Source of the DNA: Chrysomallon squamiferum
Lineage: Eukaryota > Animalia > Mollusca
Direction of reading: 5' to 3'
DNA: 64,000 nt
NCBI GenBank assembly: GCA_012295275.1
Contig: CM022666.1
Coordinates: forward strand, 930,001-994,000
The notes beneath the pieces are model-generated. The model was not told where the DNA came from. It ran no database searches and saw nothing but the letters and a program-made list of their open reading frames with translations. The position numbers and the translations under genes were made by a program. Shown piece by piece: positions 42,259 through 57,344 of the stretch. How positions within the stretch are numbered: position 1 is the first letter of the stretch; each line of letters begins with the position of its first letter.

Positions 42259-44089
42259 CATATTGCCTCTGACAAGTTTGACCATTTAGAGCTGGCTTAC
42301 TATTTTGTTTTGGTGTTTTCTTATTTAGATTTAAACGATTATCATCATATTTTGACATTTTATTATTTAAAGTTAAACTGTTTTACTATTTGGAGTTGAA
42401 TGATCATGTTTTTTGACATTATTTTAAGGTTAAATGATTATTTTTTTTTGATTAATTAATTAATTAATTAATTTATTTCTTCTTCTTCTTCTTCTTCTTC
42501 TTACTATTATTTAATTTTTTTTAATATTATTTTTTAAAATTAAATGATCATGTTGTTTTGTTATTTTATTATTTAGCGTCATATACTTTCCTATTTTTAA
42601 AAGTGGTTTTAAGACAGTTTCTTAGTCTTAAACATGAAATACATTATTTTGAATTAAAAATTCTAGTCCTTAATATCAAACTCTCTACTTTCAAATTTTC
42701 AAATTTGAATCATTTTGCAAACATGGGATGAGTTCAAGGTGAAATGTTTCTCGTAAGATAAGCCTGATGGAATTGATGTCCAGATTAACATCAGCTTAAT
42801 ACATTAGTTGTTTATCAGTGAACTCTGCCTGTTACTTCTTTAAGTAATTAACTCTTGATGCTGAGGATCTCTGTTTGGTTTTCTGTTATTCCTTCCATTT
42901 CTACAAAAACAAACTTCTAATGAACAGAATCTGTTTTTATAATGTGATCACCTGTCAGAACATGTTTCTGATATTAAGCATGGTCGGTTTTAGCAGATAA
43001 AAAACATTTATTATTGTTATTATTATTGTTATTGTTATTGTTATTATTGTTATTATTATTATTATTATTACAAACTATTATAATTTTATTATAATTGCTA
43101 TTATTATCTTATCGCCATCATCATCATCATCATCATCATCATCATTATTTTGGTTTAACATTTCTTAAATTACATTTGTCATTCTTAGAATCATTCATAT
43201 TGTAATTTTGAATTTGCTTTGTATCATGATGTGGATGTAATTTATTTGTTATTTATTTTTGAAAATGAGTTTATAACTAATCTCATGATGATGTTATACT
43301 TTATTTTAGTATTTATTTTGATATCTAATTTCTAATATGTATTATATTATATTTTATTTTCTGTTTTATATTTTATTTGTATTGTGCATTATTATATATT
43401 ATATTCTGAAACTTAATTTATGTTTGCTGTGATTTATATGTGATGAAAATATTCTTATAAACTTTGATTTTTAATATTTTCTATAATATGATAAAAGCAT
43501 ACTTTATTTTTTAACATATTTTTTCTTCTATATATTATGGTGATGATATAACAATGTAATGAATAAATAATTTTCACAGATTGCATCTAACACTTAAGAA
43601 TCACAGAAAACATTTATTTTATAACATATTTAATTTCTATATATTATAGTGACATTAATGAATAAATAATTTACACAAGATAAGGCTGTGGAATTGCAGA
43701 ACACATTCATTCTGTATCAGTGGACTGCATCTGTCTAGACGCTGACTCTTCATGTTATAAATTAAATACAGAGAAACATGGTACTTAATCTGTACAAGTG
43801 TTTGCAGATACAAAACATCGTTTAAAGCCAGTGTTGAGGGCACAATGATTAAATCACTGCTCTTGTGAATGTTCTGGCATCTAAACCCTGTCTGACCACT
43901 AACATACTAACACAGAAAACTCTGTTATTAGAGGTTCATGCACTGCTGACATAAAACAGACATTCTTCAAGTGTATAATTATGTAAATGTAATAGGATGG
44001 ATATATGGTTTGTCGCCAGCATTATTGTGCTAGTGAAAATGTCTGTGTATAGGCCGCCATTTTTGTTTTTATTTTATTTTATTTTATTT

Positions 44090-44262
44090 TCTACAAATGG
44101 TTTATCACCAACATTGTTGTGTTAGTGTAGATGACTTTACATATACATTGTTACTTTTCTTTTTTCTTTTCTTTTCTATAAATGGTTTATCATCAACATT
44201 GAAGGTTAGTGTAGATGACTTTACATATACATTTTTACTTTTCTTTTTTCTTTTCTTCTCTA
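44090..44262. repeat. Direct tandem duplication of about 85 bp
   Basis: aaatggtttatca(c/t)caacattg...gttagtgtagatgactttacatatacatt starts at 44095 and again at 44180. Confidence 0.92.
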
Positions 44263-44591
44263 TCTGCATATATGGAATGTGTGTGTATACAGGTCCCATA
44301 GGCATCACCAGTGTTAAGTTCAGGTTTCTGTAAGTTGTCACAAATATTCTCCAGTCTGTCTGTGTGTCACACTCTCAATCAGTCTGAGTACAGAGTGACA
44401 TAGTCTGTAAAATAATAAAATTAAAGTACATGCTATAGTTCATGTCTGTGTTTGGTTACTGCACTAAAACAAATTAAAATACACGTCTAGACTTACTGAA
44501 ATGAGTTAAAATCACATAATGCCACATAAACATGCTTAAAATGACTAACGGATTAATTTCATTTCTTGAAAGCTTTAACTGATTTTCTAAC

Positions 44592-44921
44592 AATGACAAA
44601 TATCACAGTGACAGATGAAACAGTGACAGATATCACAGTGACAAATAACACTGACAGATGAAACAGTGACAGATAAAACAGTGACAAATATTAGTGACAA
44701 ATATCACAGTGACAGATGAAACAGTGACAGATTAAATAGTGACAAATATCACAGTGACAAATAACACTGACAGATGAAACAGTGACAGATAAAACAGTGA
44801 CAGATGAAACAGTGACAAATATCACAGTGACAGATAAAACAGTGACAAATGACACTGACAGATGAAACAGTGACAAATGAAACAGTGACAGATGAGACAG
44901 TGACAAATATCACAGTGACAG
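44592..44921. repeat. 13-15 bp minisatellite, about 22 copies
   Basis: Mixed units acagtgacagatgaa, acagtgacaaatatc and acactgacagatgaa. Confidence 0.95.
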
Positions 44922-45074
44922 TGCTTTGAGTTCCATGACTAAAATAAACTTGACTGAAACTTCAGTATATTGTTATTAATATGCAAGTTTCAAATAACTT
45001 ATTTTATATTTTTTTGAACATTTCCAGCCTCTCTACTGCCTAATCATTTTTCTCAATACTGAGTCACTAATTAC

Positions 45075-45335
45075 ATATTATAACACATTAACAGTGTTTT
45101 TAGACAACAACACACATTTATTTTCTTAAAATATTTTTAAAATTTTTAAAATTTCACAAAATGGTTGATTTATTTTTTCATTTTTTGTTGAAAATTTTCA
45201 GTTTCTCTGCTTTGTAATCATGCTTTTGAGTACACTGTCAATGATTATACACTAACACATTAACATTGTTTTTAGCAGACAACACATTTTTATTTTGCTA
45301 AAATATTTTTAAAATTAAAGAAAATGATTGATTTT
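45075..45335. repeat. Degenerate duplication, period about 172 bp
   Basis: taacacattaaca(g/t)tgtttttag...acacattt...taaaatatttttaaaatt at about 45081 and 45253. Confidence 0.75.
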
Positions 45336-48300
45336 ATAATTTTTTGAAACGTTTTGAAACAGTGCCAAAAATACTAGACAAAACCAATCATTATGATGAT
45401 AACTGTGGACATCTTCCAAGTTGCTACATTTTTTATCCAAATTTTTGTTAAAAGAAATTGACTTACACAAATTTTGAAGCATTCCTATTTTATATTTTAT
45501 ATTGTTTAAAATTTCATAAATAAACTATTTTATTCTCATTGTTATTGTGATTGTAAAATGGATGCAGTATCTAATTATTATAATTATTATTAATATTTAT
45601 TTATTTTTTTTTATTTATTTATTTATTTATTTATTTATTTTTGTGTTGGGTTGTTGTTCGTGATATTTGTTTGAAGACTTACGCCATTTCTGTTTTCTAA
45701 TAACTTCTCTAACACATCAACACTGTTTGCACTTAACACATTTTAAATCACTGATTGATTGGTTTCCAAACACACCTTGTTAAATCTTAAGTAAACTTAT
45801 TTTAAATCTTGATTGATTAATTCAATACAAAATTGTATAAACTGTACGTAAATATATTTTAAAGTCTTGACTGATTGATTTTCTAAAACATTGGTTTAAA
45901 CTTAAGTAGACATTTTTCAAACACATAATCCATAATTTTAAATTGTTGATTTATTGATTTCATATTTTATGAACCCATTGTTGTAAATAATAATCAGCAA
46001 TGTTTCAGACATCTTGTGTTGTACTTTAAAGCAGTTTGACATTACAGTGAAGCAGGTGTAAGAAAAGACATAAAAGTAATTTGTTGAGAAAGCAATCTCA
46101 ACTCTTTGATAATATTTACAACACACGTGACATTAACTTAGAAGAAAATCACTCATTTTGTCTGAGTCTGGTTTAAAATTAAAAGTCAAGTTTCGTTTTG
46201 TAGTTGACATTTAGTGCAGTTGTTTGGTAAAGTGTATTGCTTTTGTGTATGTAAGAACAAATACTTGTTTATTGTGTTTCTAATTTTGTTCTGTCTCGCT
46301 GTACCTACGTATGTATGTACGTAGAGAGGTGTGTAGGTCAGTGTGTCTTTCTCTCATTTGTGTGTGTTTGTGTGTCTTTGTAACAGTACTAAATTAACAT
46401 TTTTTATTTATTTATTTTTTTATACATAACAATAGTAATAAAATAAATAAATAAATAAAATAAAAATCTATATCCACATTTACTGGAAAGATAAATATAT
46501 TTATTTATTCATTTTTGCTTACATAGAGAAAGGGAAAGATAGATAAAAGATATTTAATACTACAGAGAAATGTATACATTTGTATGTATGCTCAACTCAG
46601 ATTGTAACAAATTTTATGCAGACAGAATCATTTTATCAAGAATTTATCACTTTTTCAGTGATTAATGATCCATGGATTAATTAAGTAGTTCAGCTGAAAA
46701 CATGATTAATGATGTAAATTCCTTATCTGGGCGTATCGATGGTTTTTCATGGTATGTTCTGTAGACTGTGATAAATTTTAACAAGAATTAAAATCATTTC
46801 ATTCCCTAAACACATTCTAAACATATGTAAGCTCTTGAAAAAAAAATTCTACATACATTTATGTCACAATTTATTTTAATAATTAAAGTAATTCTTGCGT
46901 GCTATATGCACTTCAGGAAATTTATAAATCTGCAAATAAACATGTGGATATAATTAAACAGCTATCTGATAAAATTATATTACGATTTAAGATAATTTTA
47001 ACCTGTCATATAAAATACACAAACTAATGAAAAGAGACTCAGTTTTAAATTAATCAGACTTTCAAATTAATTTTTTTGTTTTAAAAACATGGAGAAGCAC
47101 TGAATGAAATGAGCCATAGCACATAAAACAGGTTGGCTGGTAAGTAAGCAGACACTGAATAAACCGTATACCTGTTTCTTTTGAAAACATATTTAGAAAA
47201 CCTTTACAAGCTGTTTAATGCAGGTCTGTGTTTTCAGAAATAATATTCAGGGTGTTTTCCATTAACTTTGTTGCAGATTTCAACTCAACAAAATAGCATT
47301 TCAGTAGAAGTATTGCAACCATTCATATACACTGCCAGTTATTAAAGAACACTGTGTATGAAACCAACTGTTGATGATGCAACACAACAACTTCATGTTT
47401 GAACTTAATAATTTCTGTGGTAATAAGTCCAGATTTCAATACATAGATAGTTAAGAAATTTAATTTGTTATGAAAAGTTGAAATTCAGTGACTGATTTAT
47501 TAAATGTCATGTGGATTTTTAAAGAAAATAATAATACACACAAAATGAATGAATAAATACAAAGTAAATAATATAAAATTAAATCAAATAAATAAAAATG
47601 TAAATAAATAAATAAAATAAAGTAAAATAAAATAAAATAAAATAAAATAACAATAGTAATGTTAAAAAGAAGGCAGTTCTAATTTGTAATACTATTAGTA
47701 CATGTTCTTGAATTACCTTAATTTGTTTCTAATTTGATTTTTTGGCATTAACATCTGTTTTTAATTCTATTTTTATTTTTAAACACAGATTATTCCGTCA
47801 TCATTATTCCTTTTTAAAAACCAGTATGTCACAATTTTTCATTTTTATATATATTTTTTTCTTCGTGATAACCTTTTCAATCATGACATGACAGAAAATA
47901 CAGAACAATCTGAGACCACCATTGTGAACCCAGAGAAGAACAGTGCAAATTATTGCTTTTGGCATTGGCATTCTATTTCTGGCCCTGCCCTAAAGACAGT
48001 GACATCAAATTATCTGTATTAATTGTATGCTATTAGGCAATTTGACCAGGCAGACCTTGGTTTTTTTGCATTTTGCTAAAGTAATATTTACCATCTATTT
48101 TCTTTATGGCTCGTTTCGTAGCCACGAAAAGGGTTTAAAGGATGACAGACAAATCTCCAATTTAGCTGAACACAAGACAGGTTTTTCGTAATTAGTTTTC
48201 ACTGGCCTGACTTAGCTTCCTGTTGTTTGCCCTCAGCAGCTCTTCGTTTCTTTGTGTCGCAGTACAAGTATTCGGTTTTAGTAACAATGTTCTTTTGGTT

Positions 48301-49384
48301 GCAGGAATTAAAAGGCATGTGTGATATGTTCTGTATATTTTTCAAGCGACTAATTTTCGTTTCTTTTCTTATTAAAGTATAGAAAATAGCCTGAATATAT
48401 TTTCTTGTCTTTCAGAGTAATTATTTTATTGTTTGTTATTGATGATGTGTGCAAACAGCCTGAAAAATATTTTGTTTACTTCTGAATAATTTTTTTATTG
48501 TTTGTCTTCAAGGTTTTATTTTATTTATTTCGATTTTCATTTTTTAAATGTTTTTGTTCATGTATTAATAAAATTTAAAAGCATAATAAAATAATGATGA
48601 TGTTGATGACAATGGTAGTAATGAATAATGAAGATGATGATGATGGCAATGACGATAATAATGATTATGATAATAGAAACAACAACAATAATAATGATGA
48701 TGATGATGATGATGATGATGTTATCAGCTGTAGTTTATTTCTGATACCATCCAGTGTTCTGTATTGTCATTAGTTTTTTAAATGGTGTATTAATTCAAAT
48801 ATTTTGTCTTTTTATTGCTGTTTTTATAACCCATTACTTTTCTGTGTTTGTTTGTTAATATCAGTTGATATTGTGATCAAGTTGTGAATAAGTTTGTTTT
48901 CCTTTTTTTTTTTCTGATCTTTTTTTTTTTTTTCTTCCTACTTTATAAATTTTTTTTATTTTAATTTTTGAAATGTTTTTAGTTTTTTTGTTGGTTTTTT
49001 TAAAATGGCAGACAAGTTGTATCTGATCTAATAAAGTTTTCAGACAGTGTGCAATTTGTATTAAATTAAATGATCTTTGAGTTTGGCTTAGGAACTGGGT
49101 TTTTTTTGTGTTTTTTTTTTTTTTTTATATTTTTTTAAATTTTCTTTTAAGGATTGGTTTTGAGAAATATAAAAGTTTGTGTTAGACAGCACTGGTGTAT
49201 AATGTTGCTCAGTGACAGCCCTTGTTTGTAGAGTTATATCAGTTACCGTAGTTATATATGAATTTCAAAAAATGGATTAAGAAATAATAATAATAAAAAA
49301 TAAATTAATAAGATGAAGAATAAGAAGAGGAAATGAAAAGCAAATAAATCAATATTACGAGTGAGATGTTTATATGAGTGTGGG

Positions 49385-49635
49385 TTTTGTATTTTGTGTG
49401 TCCGATACTTGTTTTATTTGATTCTAGCCTAAATAAATATCAAAACTTAAATATTCAATATTTTATATTGATCTATTTCTTTTTCATATCTTGATGATAA
49501 GTGTGATTTTTGTATTTTGTGTATGTCTGTATGAGTATGATATTAGTTTTATTTACTTCTAGCCTAAATAATTATCAAAACTTGAATCTTCAGTATTTTA
49601 TATCGATCTGTTTCTTTTTCACATTTTTGATGATA
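49385..49635. repeat. Degenerate duplication, period about 125-136 bp
   Basis: tctagcctaaataa(a/t)tatcaaaactt...gatct(a/g)tttctttttca at about 49422 and 49558, each preceded by ttttgtattttgtgt. Confidence 0.85.
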
Positions 49636-51779
49636 GCTGACAACAAAACATTCATATTTGCCTTTTGTTTGTATTTCCTTTTAACACCGATAACATTATA
49701 CCAGTCCAAAAACAACCGACTGCAGTATGTCGAAATAAAATACGACAGGGAAAAGATTTAAAATATGATTAACGGACTTCTTTAAGACTCGGATATTAAA
49801 ACACATCTCTAATAGGCTGTCTTTGATTAACAGCTGACCAGACCACTTTAACTAAATTGAATGTCACACAGGCTTTTCAAGTTATTGTGTTATTATCACA
49901 TAATGTCTGTCATTCATTGTGCGAGATTTTTAACCAGTGTTTAGTTGGATCCAGCGACAGTTATCTGTTTCAGTATATTTCCCTTGCGAGTGATTAAGTC
50001 CCGTAATAAAAAGCCCATGAGATCTTGTAAAATGTTTCCCTTTACGAGCCAAGTTGGAGGAAAGTTTCCGTTAGACTTGTGAGGTAGAAGTAATTACTGA
50101 TTCAAATTTTGAGAAAATGAATCTTTGAATGACAAGATTTTTTTTTTTTTTTTAGTGTGAGATAAAAGCTTGAAGCTTTGAATAAAATGTGTAAAAGATT
50201 TCTTTTTATTTCATTTTAAAATTATTTCGTTGAAAATGTTGCAGGTTTGTAGGTTTCAGAAGTTTCAAGGACAATTAAAATTGTGTTTATGCTGCGTTTA
50301 CTCAGCAAAAAAAAATATCTCAGAGAAGATTCAAGAATTGGAATGAATGTCATTATGATCGAGTGGATGTAAATTGTTTTTAGTAAAAACAAAAATGAAG
50401 GTTAAAAATAAAAAGAGAAATAGTAGATTTCTTTGTAAAGAACGAAAAAGGAATAAAAACAGACTTTAAATTGCTTCATTTAGAAAGCAGGTTTTTTTTG
50501 GGGGTTTTATCATTATCTTATATAGCTCAGTTTAAAAGACTAAAAAAGGAAAGTGATGCTTCTGAAATCAGTTTTAAAAATAAAATAAAAGCAGTGTTAT
50601 GTATTGCAATAAAACTGCTTGAAAGAATTGAATTTCTTTTCAGTGAATTTCAGTATTTGTTGTTTCTTTTTGTAAAAAAATTAGATACATTAGCAATCAG
50701 TTGTAAGAATAACAGAAGTGTTATGTGTTAATAAAAATTGTTTTAACAAAAGAGAAATTCTTTATCAATAATTTTCTAGAAATATTTTTTACAAAGTTTA
50801 AATGCATTAGAAATCTATTATGAAAATAATAAATGTTAAGAAAAATTACTTGAAAGAAGAAAGTTCATAGGAAAAAGAATTTTTATTTGTTTTTTTTAAA
50901 TAAATGAAAGTAAATCAAAGGTTTGTCTATTAGACAGGTTAACCTCTGCATTGTTGGAGCTTTCTGTAGCTTAGTAGCAGAACACTATTCTGAGGACTAC
51001 CGTTTTGCAGGATTTATCTTCACCACTGAACTATTTCACATTCCAGCCAGAGCTCTCAAACAGCTAATTTTAAGCATATGGAGAATTGCATTTAGGAGAT
51101 CTCTTTAAACTTAGAACAATTCAGACAATGTCAGGAGCAGGTTACTTTTCTCAGTAAAGAAAATAACTGGAAAGTAACAAATAGCTTTTAGCATAATTAT
51201 ACTGAAGACATGTTAACATTTATTTATCCATAAAGTTAACTAAATTGGTGAATTCCATCTTTACCACTTCATGGTGTGAATGCAGGACAGTGCTATTAGT
51301 CCTTGCTATATTAAAGATAATGTTTTTTTAGAACGCTAGGCAGTTTGCTTGTTCTAGCCAGAGCTCCAATTCTGGTTTATCAAAGATTACAGTACAAGTT
51401 TTGCCACAGCAGGGAGCTTATAAAAAATAACTTACTGCCCAGTCATTAACTGTCAGTTACACAATAATATTCATTCTTATTATAACAATCATTATTATAC
51501 AAGAAAACATGACCAAGCACCTAATGATTGTTAATATTAAAATATATGTTTTACGTATCATTAAACATTAATTCATGTATGTATGTATGTATGTATTAGC
51601 AAGTGATTCAATTTTTGTTTTATTTTAAAAAAGATGTTTATTAAAAATAATTGTGAAAGATTGATGAAGCTGGTTGCCCTTTATCTTACAGAATTAATTG
51701 TGATGTATGGACCTGGAATTCTGTGTCACATTTAAGGTGTAATGATATCATTAAAGGTCAGAATATGTGTAAATTTAAA

Positions 51780-51784
<5 letters not shown>

Positions 51785-51849
<65 letters not shown>

Positions 51850-51962
51850 TTTTTAAAATTTGGACATTGCTCATGCATCACATTGTATAAAAATTAGAAC
51901 AGATTATTATTATTTTTTAAAATTTAAGTTATTGCTTTATCTTTTTATGTTTTAATGTAGTT

Positions 51963-52023
<61 letters not shown>

Positions 52024-52030
52024 AAATAAA

Positions 52031-52082
<52 letters not shown>

Positions 52083-52100
52083 TAAATAAATAAATAAATA
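51785..52100. repeat. Cluster of (GA)n, (TAAA)n and (TAA)n microsatellites
   Basis: GA runs at 51785-51845 and 51966-52023, then TAAA and TAA runs. Confidence 0.95.
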
Positions 52101-53698
52101 ACGAAACAACCCAGAAACTCTATTAAACCCTTCCAAAGCCAACAGAAACATACAAAAAAACAGACCAAAAAATTTAATGGTTGTGTTTTATTTCTAAAAT
52201 AATTTTGTTTTATTTGTTTCCATTCAGCAGTTGTTGTGTTTTATTGGCCGAGTGGAGAGATTGCGGTCTCCTGTGGGGCTGTTTTTAATAACTTACCACC
52301 AGAGTTATTGTTTATTTTCTCTTTCCTCCATATCATGGTGCCAGTCTTCTCCCAAAAGGACAGATGCTGTGCAAAAAAAAAAAAAAAAAAAACATCAGGA
52401 GAACAAAAAAAAAAATGTTCATGAATACATATTACATGTACGTTTATCCTGACCCTCCACCATTGTGAATTGAGTGAACTTATTACATTCCACAGACTGA
52501 CTCTGCTCCAGGGGATGTTGATCTATCATTGCAAATCTGTCTTCTGTAGCAGTTTCATCACTTTTTAAAATAAATCTCTCCTAAACTTTTCACGAGGGTT
52601 TGCTTTTGGAATATGTATTTTCAATATACACTCTCTTAAAATATTCTCTTCTGACAAACACAGACATACACAAAGACATACAGTCTAAAAAAACAAAATC
52701 GCAAATGACAGAATTTTTACTTATTTGCTGTTACCGGTGATCTTCATGAAATCATTTTAACATTCTGACCTATTCCAGACTTAACCTAAAATAAAAATGA
52801 GATGAAATGAATTGTAGTCTCCCCGGGTTTCTCAGTCTGGTATTTTTGATGAAAATGTTGTTAGAATTAATGGCACATTTGCGGTCTAGAGTCTGAAGTA
52901 CTTGTCAAAGAAACAACACCATTGATAAAAACAGCACAATAGAAAGTGTTGAAACAAGCAATTTCCTACCATTTACACACTGACTTGTTTAGCCAGAAGC
53001 TGTCAAACTGGAGAACTTAATGCAAAACAAGGCATACATTTATCCCAGGATAATCTTTCCCTTTTGGTATCCAGGCTGTAGAAAAATTGGCAGATTTCTC
53101 AGTATGGTAATGTAAAAGTTCTTAAGACATAATTGGATTAAGCGGTTTTTCTCTGGGATCAGAACCCGAACTCTTACTCCAAGATGACAGTGTTCAGTTT
53201 TTGTCTCTCATTATCACCTTGTTTCTGCCAGTTTATTTCTACAAACTGATGCTGATTGGAGTTTAACCTAGTTTAATAGGGCTGTTGTTGGTACGAGAGT
53301 TGTCCAGTATTGATGTACAGGGTTTTAACATGCGATAATGATATTTATGTTGATTGGGGTTTGTTTTTGTGAATTTTTTTTTTTTTTTTCCACAGGTTTC
53401 TAGATTAATGGTGTCTAGAAAGGCAAACATATCTTTACATGAAAACCAGAAAGGAATACAAGAAAGCAAAAGAACAGCTAAAGAATTTTTGTTAAAAACA
53501 AATGACAGTTGAATCCAGTAGATAAAAACATCTCTAGATAAATATACAACTTTCTCTTTCATTTTGAATTACACACCTGAGAGGAAATAATTTCAGAATA
53601 AATTGTTATTGTAATGATTATATCTTCTTTTTGTCCTTTTTCTGAATTATGGAGAAACAAGATACTGAAAGACAGAGTAACAGAAAAAGAAAAAAAAT

Positions 53699-53800
<102 letters not shown>

Positions 53801-56800
53801 AGAGAATTTGAGAATAAATGAATAAGACAATAAGACAGCAAGATACAGATTTGGATTGTGAAGGAGTAAGTGACAGAGATTGAGAAAGAGAGAGGAGAGA
53901 AAGAAGAAGAACAGAAAAACAATAAATATGACCAAAATGAACTGAGATACAAAACTTTTTCTTTTGATCATGTTTGCCTTGGACTAACTCGATGCATAGT
54001 ACAGGACTGACTAATTCTTTAATCCTGTCCTGTGATCAATATGTCTACAAAGGAAGATGGTGTCTCAGTGTGTTTTACACAGATTAATTTACAGATTTAT
54101 TGGTGCACTTCTTGTTAATATAGAGTTTATTGGTTACGACTATAATAAAGAGTCCAGGAGAGATTCCACTTAATTTAAACAATATTTGTTAAGGAAAAAC
54201 CCTTTCACAACAGATTGTGTTTTTGCATGCATTTAACCTGGTTCATTGTGTTATGTATGATGTGTACGAAACTGCACATTTGTAAGTAACTGAAAAAAAG
54301 CAAAACAAAGAAATAATAATAGGTAATAGTTAATGAAGTGGATAAAATAGTTCATAAAATAAAATAATGTCATTATTATTATCATTATTATTATTATTAT
54401 TATTATTTGAACATAGTACAAAGAAAACAGAACAAATATACAGCAATGACAGCTGTAGCAGTTAGATCAAAGCTCTGCAAATTATTTACCACTGACCTCT
54501 TCATGGAGTCCTTGATCTCACATCAAGCCCCTAGTATGTAAAATAAATAAATACATTTTAACAATACATTTCCTTATTTAAAAGTAATAATATCTTTGTC
54601 CTTTTCCTTCATTACTGAATCTCAGTACAGTTCATTTCACCTTTATGTTTGGTTGTTCCTATTCTGTTCCTGTTTCTTTTCTTATTATCTCTTTTGATTC
54701 ACAGCCATCTATCAGCCTTTAGATGTTTACTGACCCCTTAGATAGCCCCTGTGACCCACAGGATTCTATATCAACCAGTTTCTTTGGAACCTCAGTTAGA
54801 GAAGGACAGTAGTAGTTGTTGCACCAATAACACTATCTTCAGCAGTAGTAGTTGTAGGAGGTGTAGCAGTAATGACTGTAACAGTTGTTGCAGTAAAGAA
54901 GACGTAATTACAGCAACAACCACAGTAGTAGTACAACAAATATGTTGAATATATTGTTGAATAAAAAAAAAAAAAAAAATAAAAATTATTTCTTCAGTGA
55001 ATATAAAATGAGTTCTTTATGCTTAATAATATTTTTGTGTTTCTCAACTTTAAGCTATATTAGCATATACAATACAGACATAGCCTTATCTGTTTCCTCT
55101 TTCTGTAAAAAAGAATAAAAGATTTTCTGTGACTGATCATATTAATAAGATTGTTAGACAGAGAAAGCCAGTAATTTGTGTTTGTATCAAACAGGATAAG
55201 AATATTGTTACTGTAATTGTTACTGCTTAACTGTTTACAAAAGGATAATGGTATTTGAAGATAACAATAGCAAAAAAAAAAACAAAATAAAAAAAGGTAA
55301 TAGAAAATCTCATTAGGTGATTTTGATTTTGATGTGTTGTTTTGTAAATTAGTGATGTTAAGGGTGTGTTTTTTTTATATATATATTTAATAAATAGAAT
55401 TTAAAAAAATAAAAATAATAGAATATAATAATAGTGAAATAGTACATTTTTCTTAGGAAACAGAAACTGAATTAGTTATTTAAATCACACTAAATAATAA
55501 TAATAGAAAAAAAGAAAGAAACTAAACTATTATAATGGCTGTTTACAAACACGTTATAGTTTAATGAAATCACATGACAGATGTACATAGATCAAAGTGT
55601 GACATTTTAATGTACAGATGTACTATTTCCCTGTCAAATACTGATGATATCAGAATACAGATATATTAATTTTACACCTATTAGTGTGAAAAATGACATT
55701 AACACAATATCAGATTTTATTGCCATCCTCATCAATTACTCCTCATTATATTTAATGGGTTTTTGAAAAATTTATGATTTATACCATCATATTAATACAC
55801 GAACTGTTAATAATTTGCCTAAGTATAATGGCTTAATGCAGTAAAATTTGTATGTGTCCAGCTGAAATGTTAAATTATGGATCTGGAAAATTGTTCTGGT
55901 ATGTGTCATTGTCAGACACACAATATATCACAGTGAGTGGATATCATGTTTTAATATAGACCTGAATCACTTGCATGTGTACTGGTGATATGTAAAACTG
56001 TGGTTCTCAGAGACTGCTCTGTATGTATAATATAATTGTCGTATGTATAATATATCACAGTCACTGAATATCAAGTTTTAATATAGACACGATCATTTAC
56101 ATCACCTCGAGACCCATAATGTTTACATATCATCATTTAATATAACTGATGCCTTGCTTGTAGTGGAAAGGGTAATTCTGCTGTGTTTGTGGCTGTAAAA
56201 GCAAAATGAATAGATCTGACAAACTGCATTAGCTCAAATATTCCTTGGATTCTATCAGATATAAGCCATTTCATAGATAAAACTAAAATGATCAAAAAAA
56301 CAACAACACACAATTATAGAGCAAATATTTCTCTTTATGTCCAAGCAGTTCATAATATTACATGTTGCTTGTAAGCTGAGTTAAGAGAAATTAAAAATCA
56401 CAGATGCTGGTACATTTTGTATAGTAATTCGCTGAAGTGTCAACTCCTCTACCTTCATACTGTCACACCAAATTATGCTAAATATTTTTTGAATTTAATT
56501 TTTTGTATCTCTAATTTATCTTACAAATAATACGGTTTCTAAACAAGACTTCAGAAAATGCTCCTATATCACATTTTCTCTTGAGTAAAGGGAGAAATTT
56601 GAAAAATAACAGTGCACATAAGTGTCACAATTTTTCTTTAAGAATAACCAGGTATAATTTATCATGAATCCTTAGTGAAAATGGAAAATTTCTTTTTTTT
56701 TCTTTTTTTCTTTTTTTTTATTATTTAAAATTCTGGTATATTGTAGTGTATGTGATGCCTCAACCATCATAACATTTGAGAATTTTCAAAAGACTTCATC

Positions 56801-57231
56801 ACTTGGTTTGTGAAATGGGTGCATATGTCTTTTACATATTAATTTATTGACTATAATTTTTCTTGGGGTAGTGTTGTTATTATAATATTTATTATTATTT
56901 ATACTTTTACATATCTTTTAATATGCTGTAAGTAGATAAGATTTTGATAATATAACCAACAAGAATGAATATTTAAAGGTTGGATTGAAATTCTTATAAC
57001 TATATGATAATTACTGATATACTTGTCTTGTTTTACCAATAATAGAAGACAATTTCCTTATAACTGTGTAAAAGACAATTTGTAAAATGCAGTATTCTTT
57101 AGTTACAGACAGTGGGTCAAATCTTCGTAACAGTAGTTGAATACATTTGCTGTTCTTCAAATAATTTTCCTATTATTTAAAAATATAACTGTTTAATTAC
57201 TAATTTTGTTTTGTTGTTGTTGTTGTTGCAG

Positions 57232-57344
57232 AGGTCCATTCAGTGTGGTTCGACGATGTCTGCACAAGGAAACAGCTCAGCAGTTTGCTGTAAAAATTGT
57301 CGATGTTGCCAAATTCACGTCAAGTCCTGGTCTTGGAACAGAAG
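57232..57344 (+). CDS. CASK: CASK/LIN-2 (peripheral plasma membrane protein CASK) internal coding exon, equivalent to vertebrate exon 2; N-lobe of the CaMK-like domain
   Basis: A (TTG)n tract ends in TGCAG (AG at 57230-57231) and the donor is GAAG|GTAAGT at 57345. The 113 nt read as 1 nt + 37 codons + 1 nt: [37 protein letters not shown]. This closely matches CASK as I recall it ([37 protein letters not shown]) and includes the AVK lysine. Exon length and phases (2 then 1) agree with my recollection of vertebrate CASK exon 2. Confidence 0.96.

Noticed and set aside
47089-47146. Donor-like CTG|GTAAGT as another first exon
   Set aside because: All nearby upstream ATGs reach stop codons before the donor, and there is no clear acceptor or promoter-like island.
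49004-49030. ATGGCAGAC (MAD...) as canonical CASK exon 1
   Set aside because: It reads MADKLYLI then stop, with no further similarity and no suitable donor.
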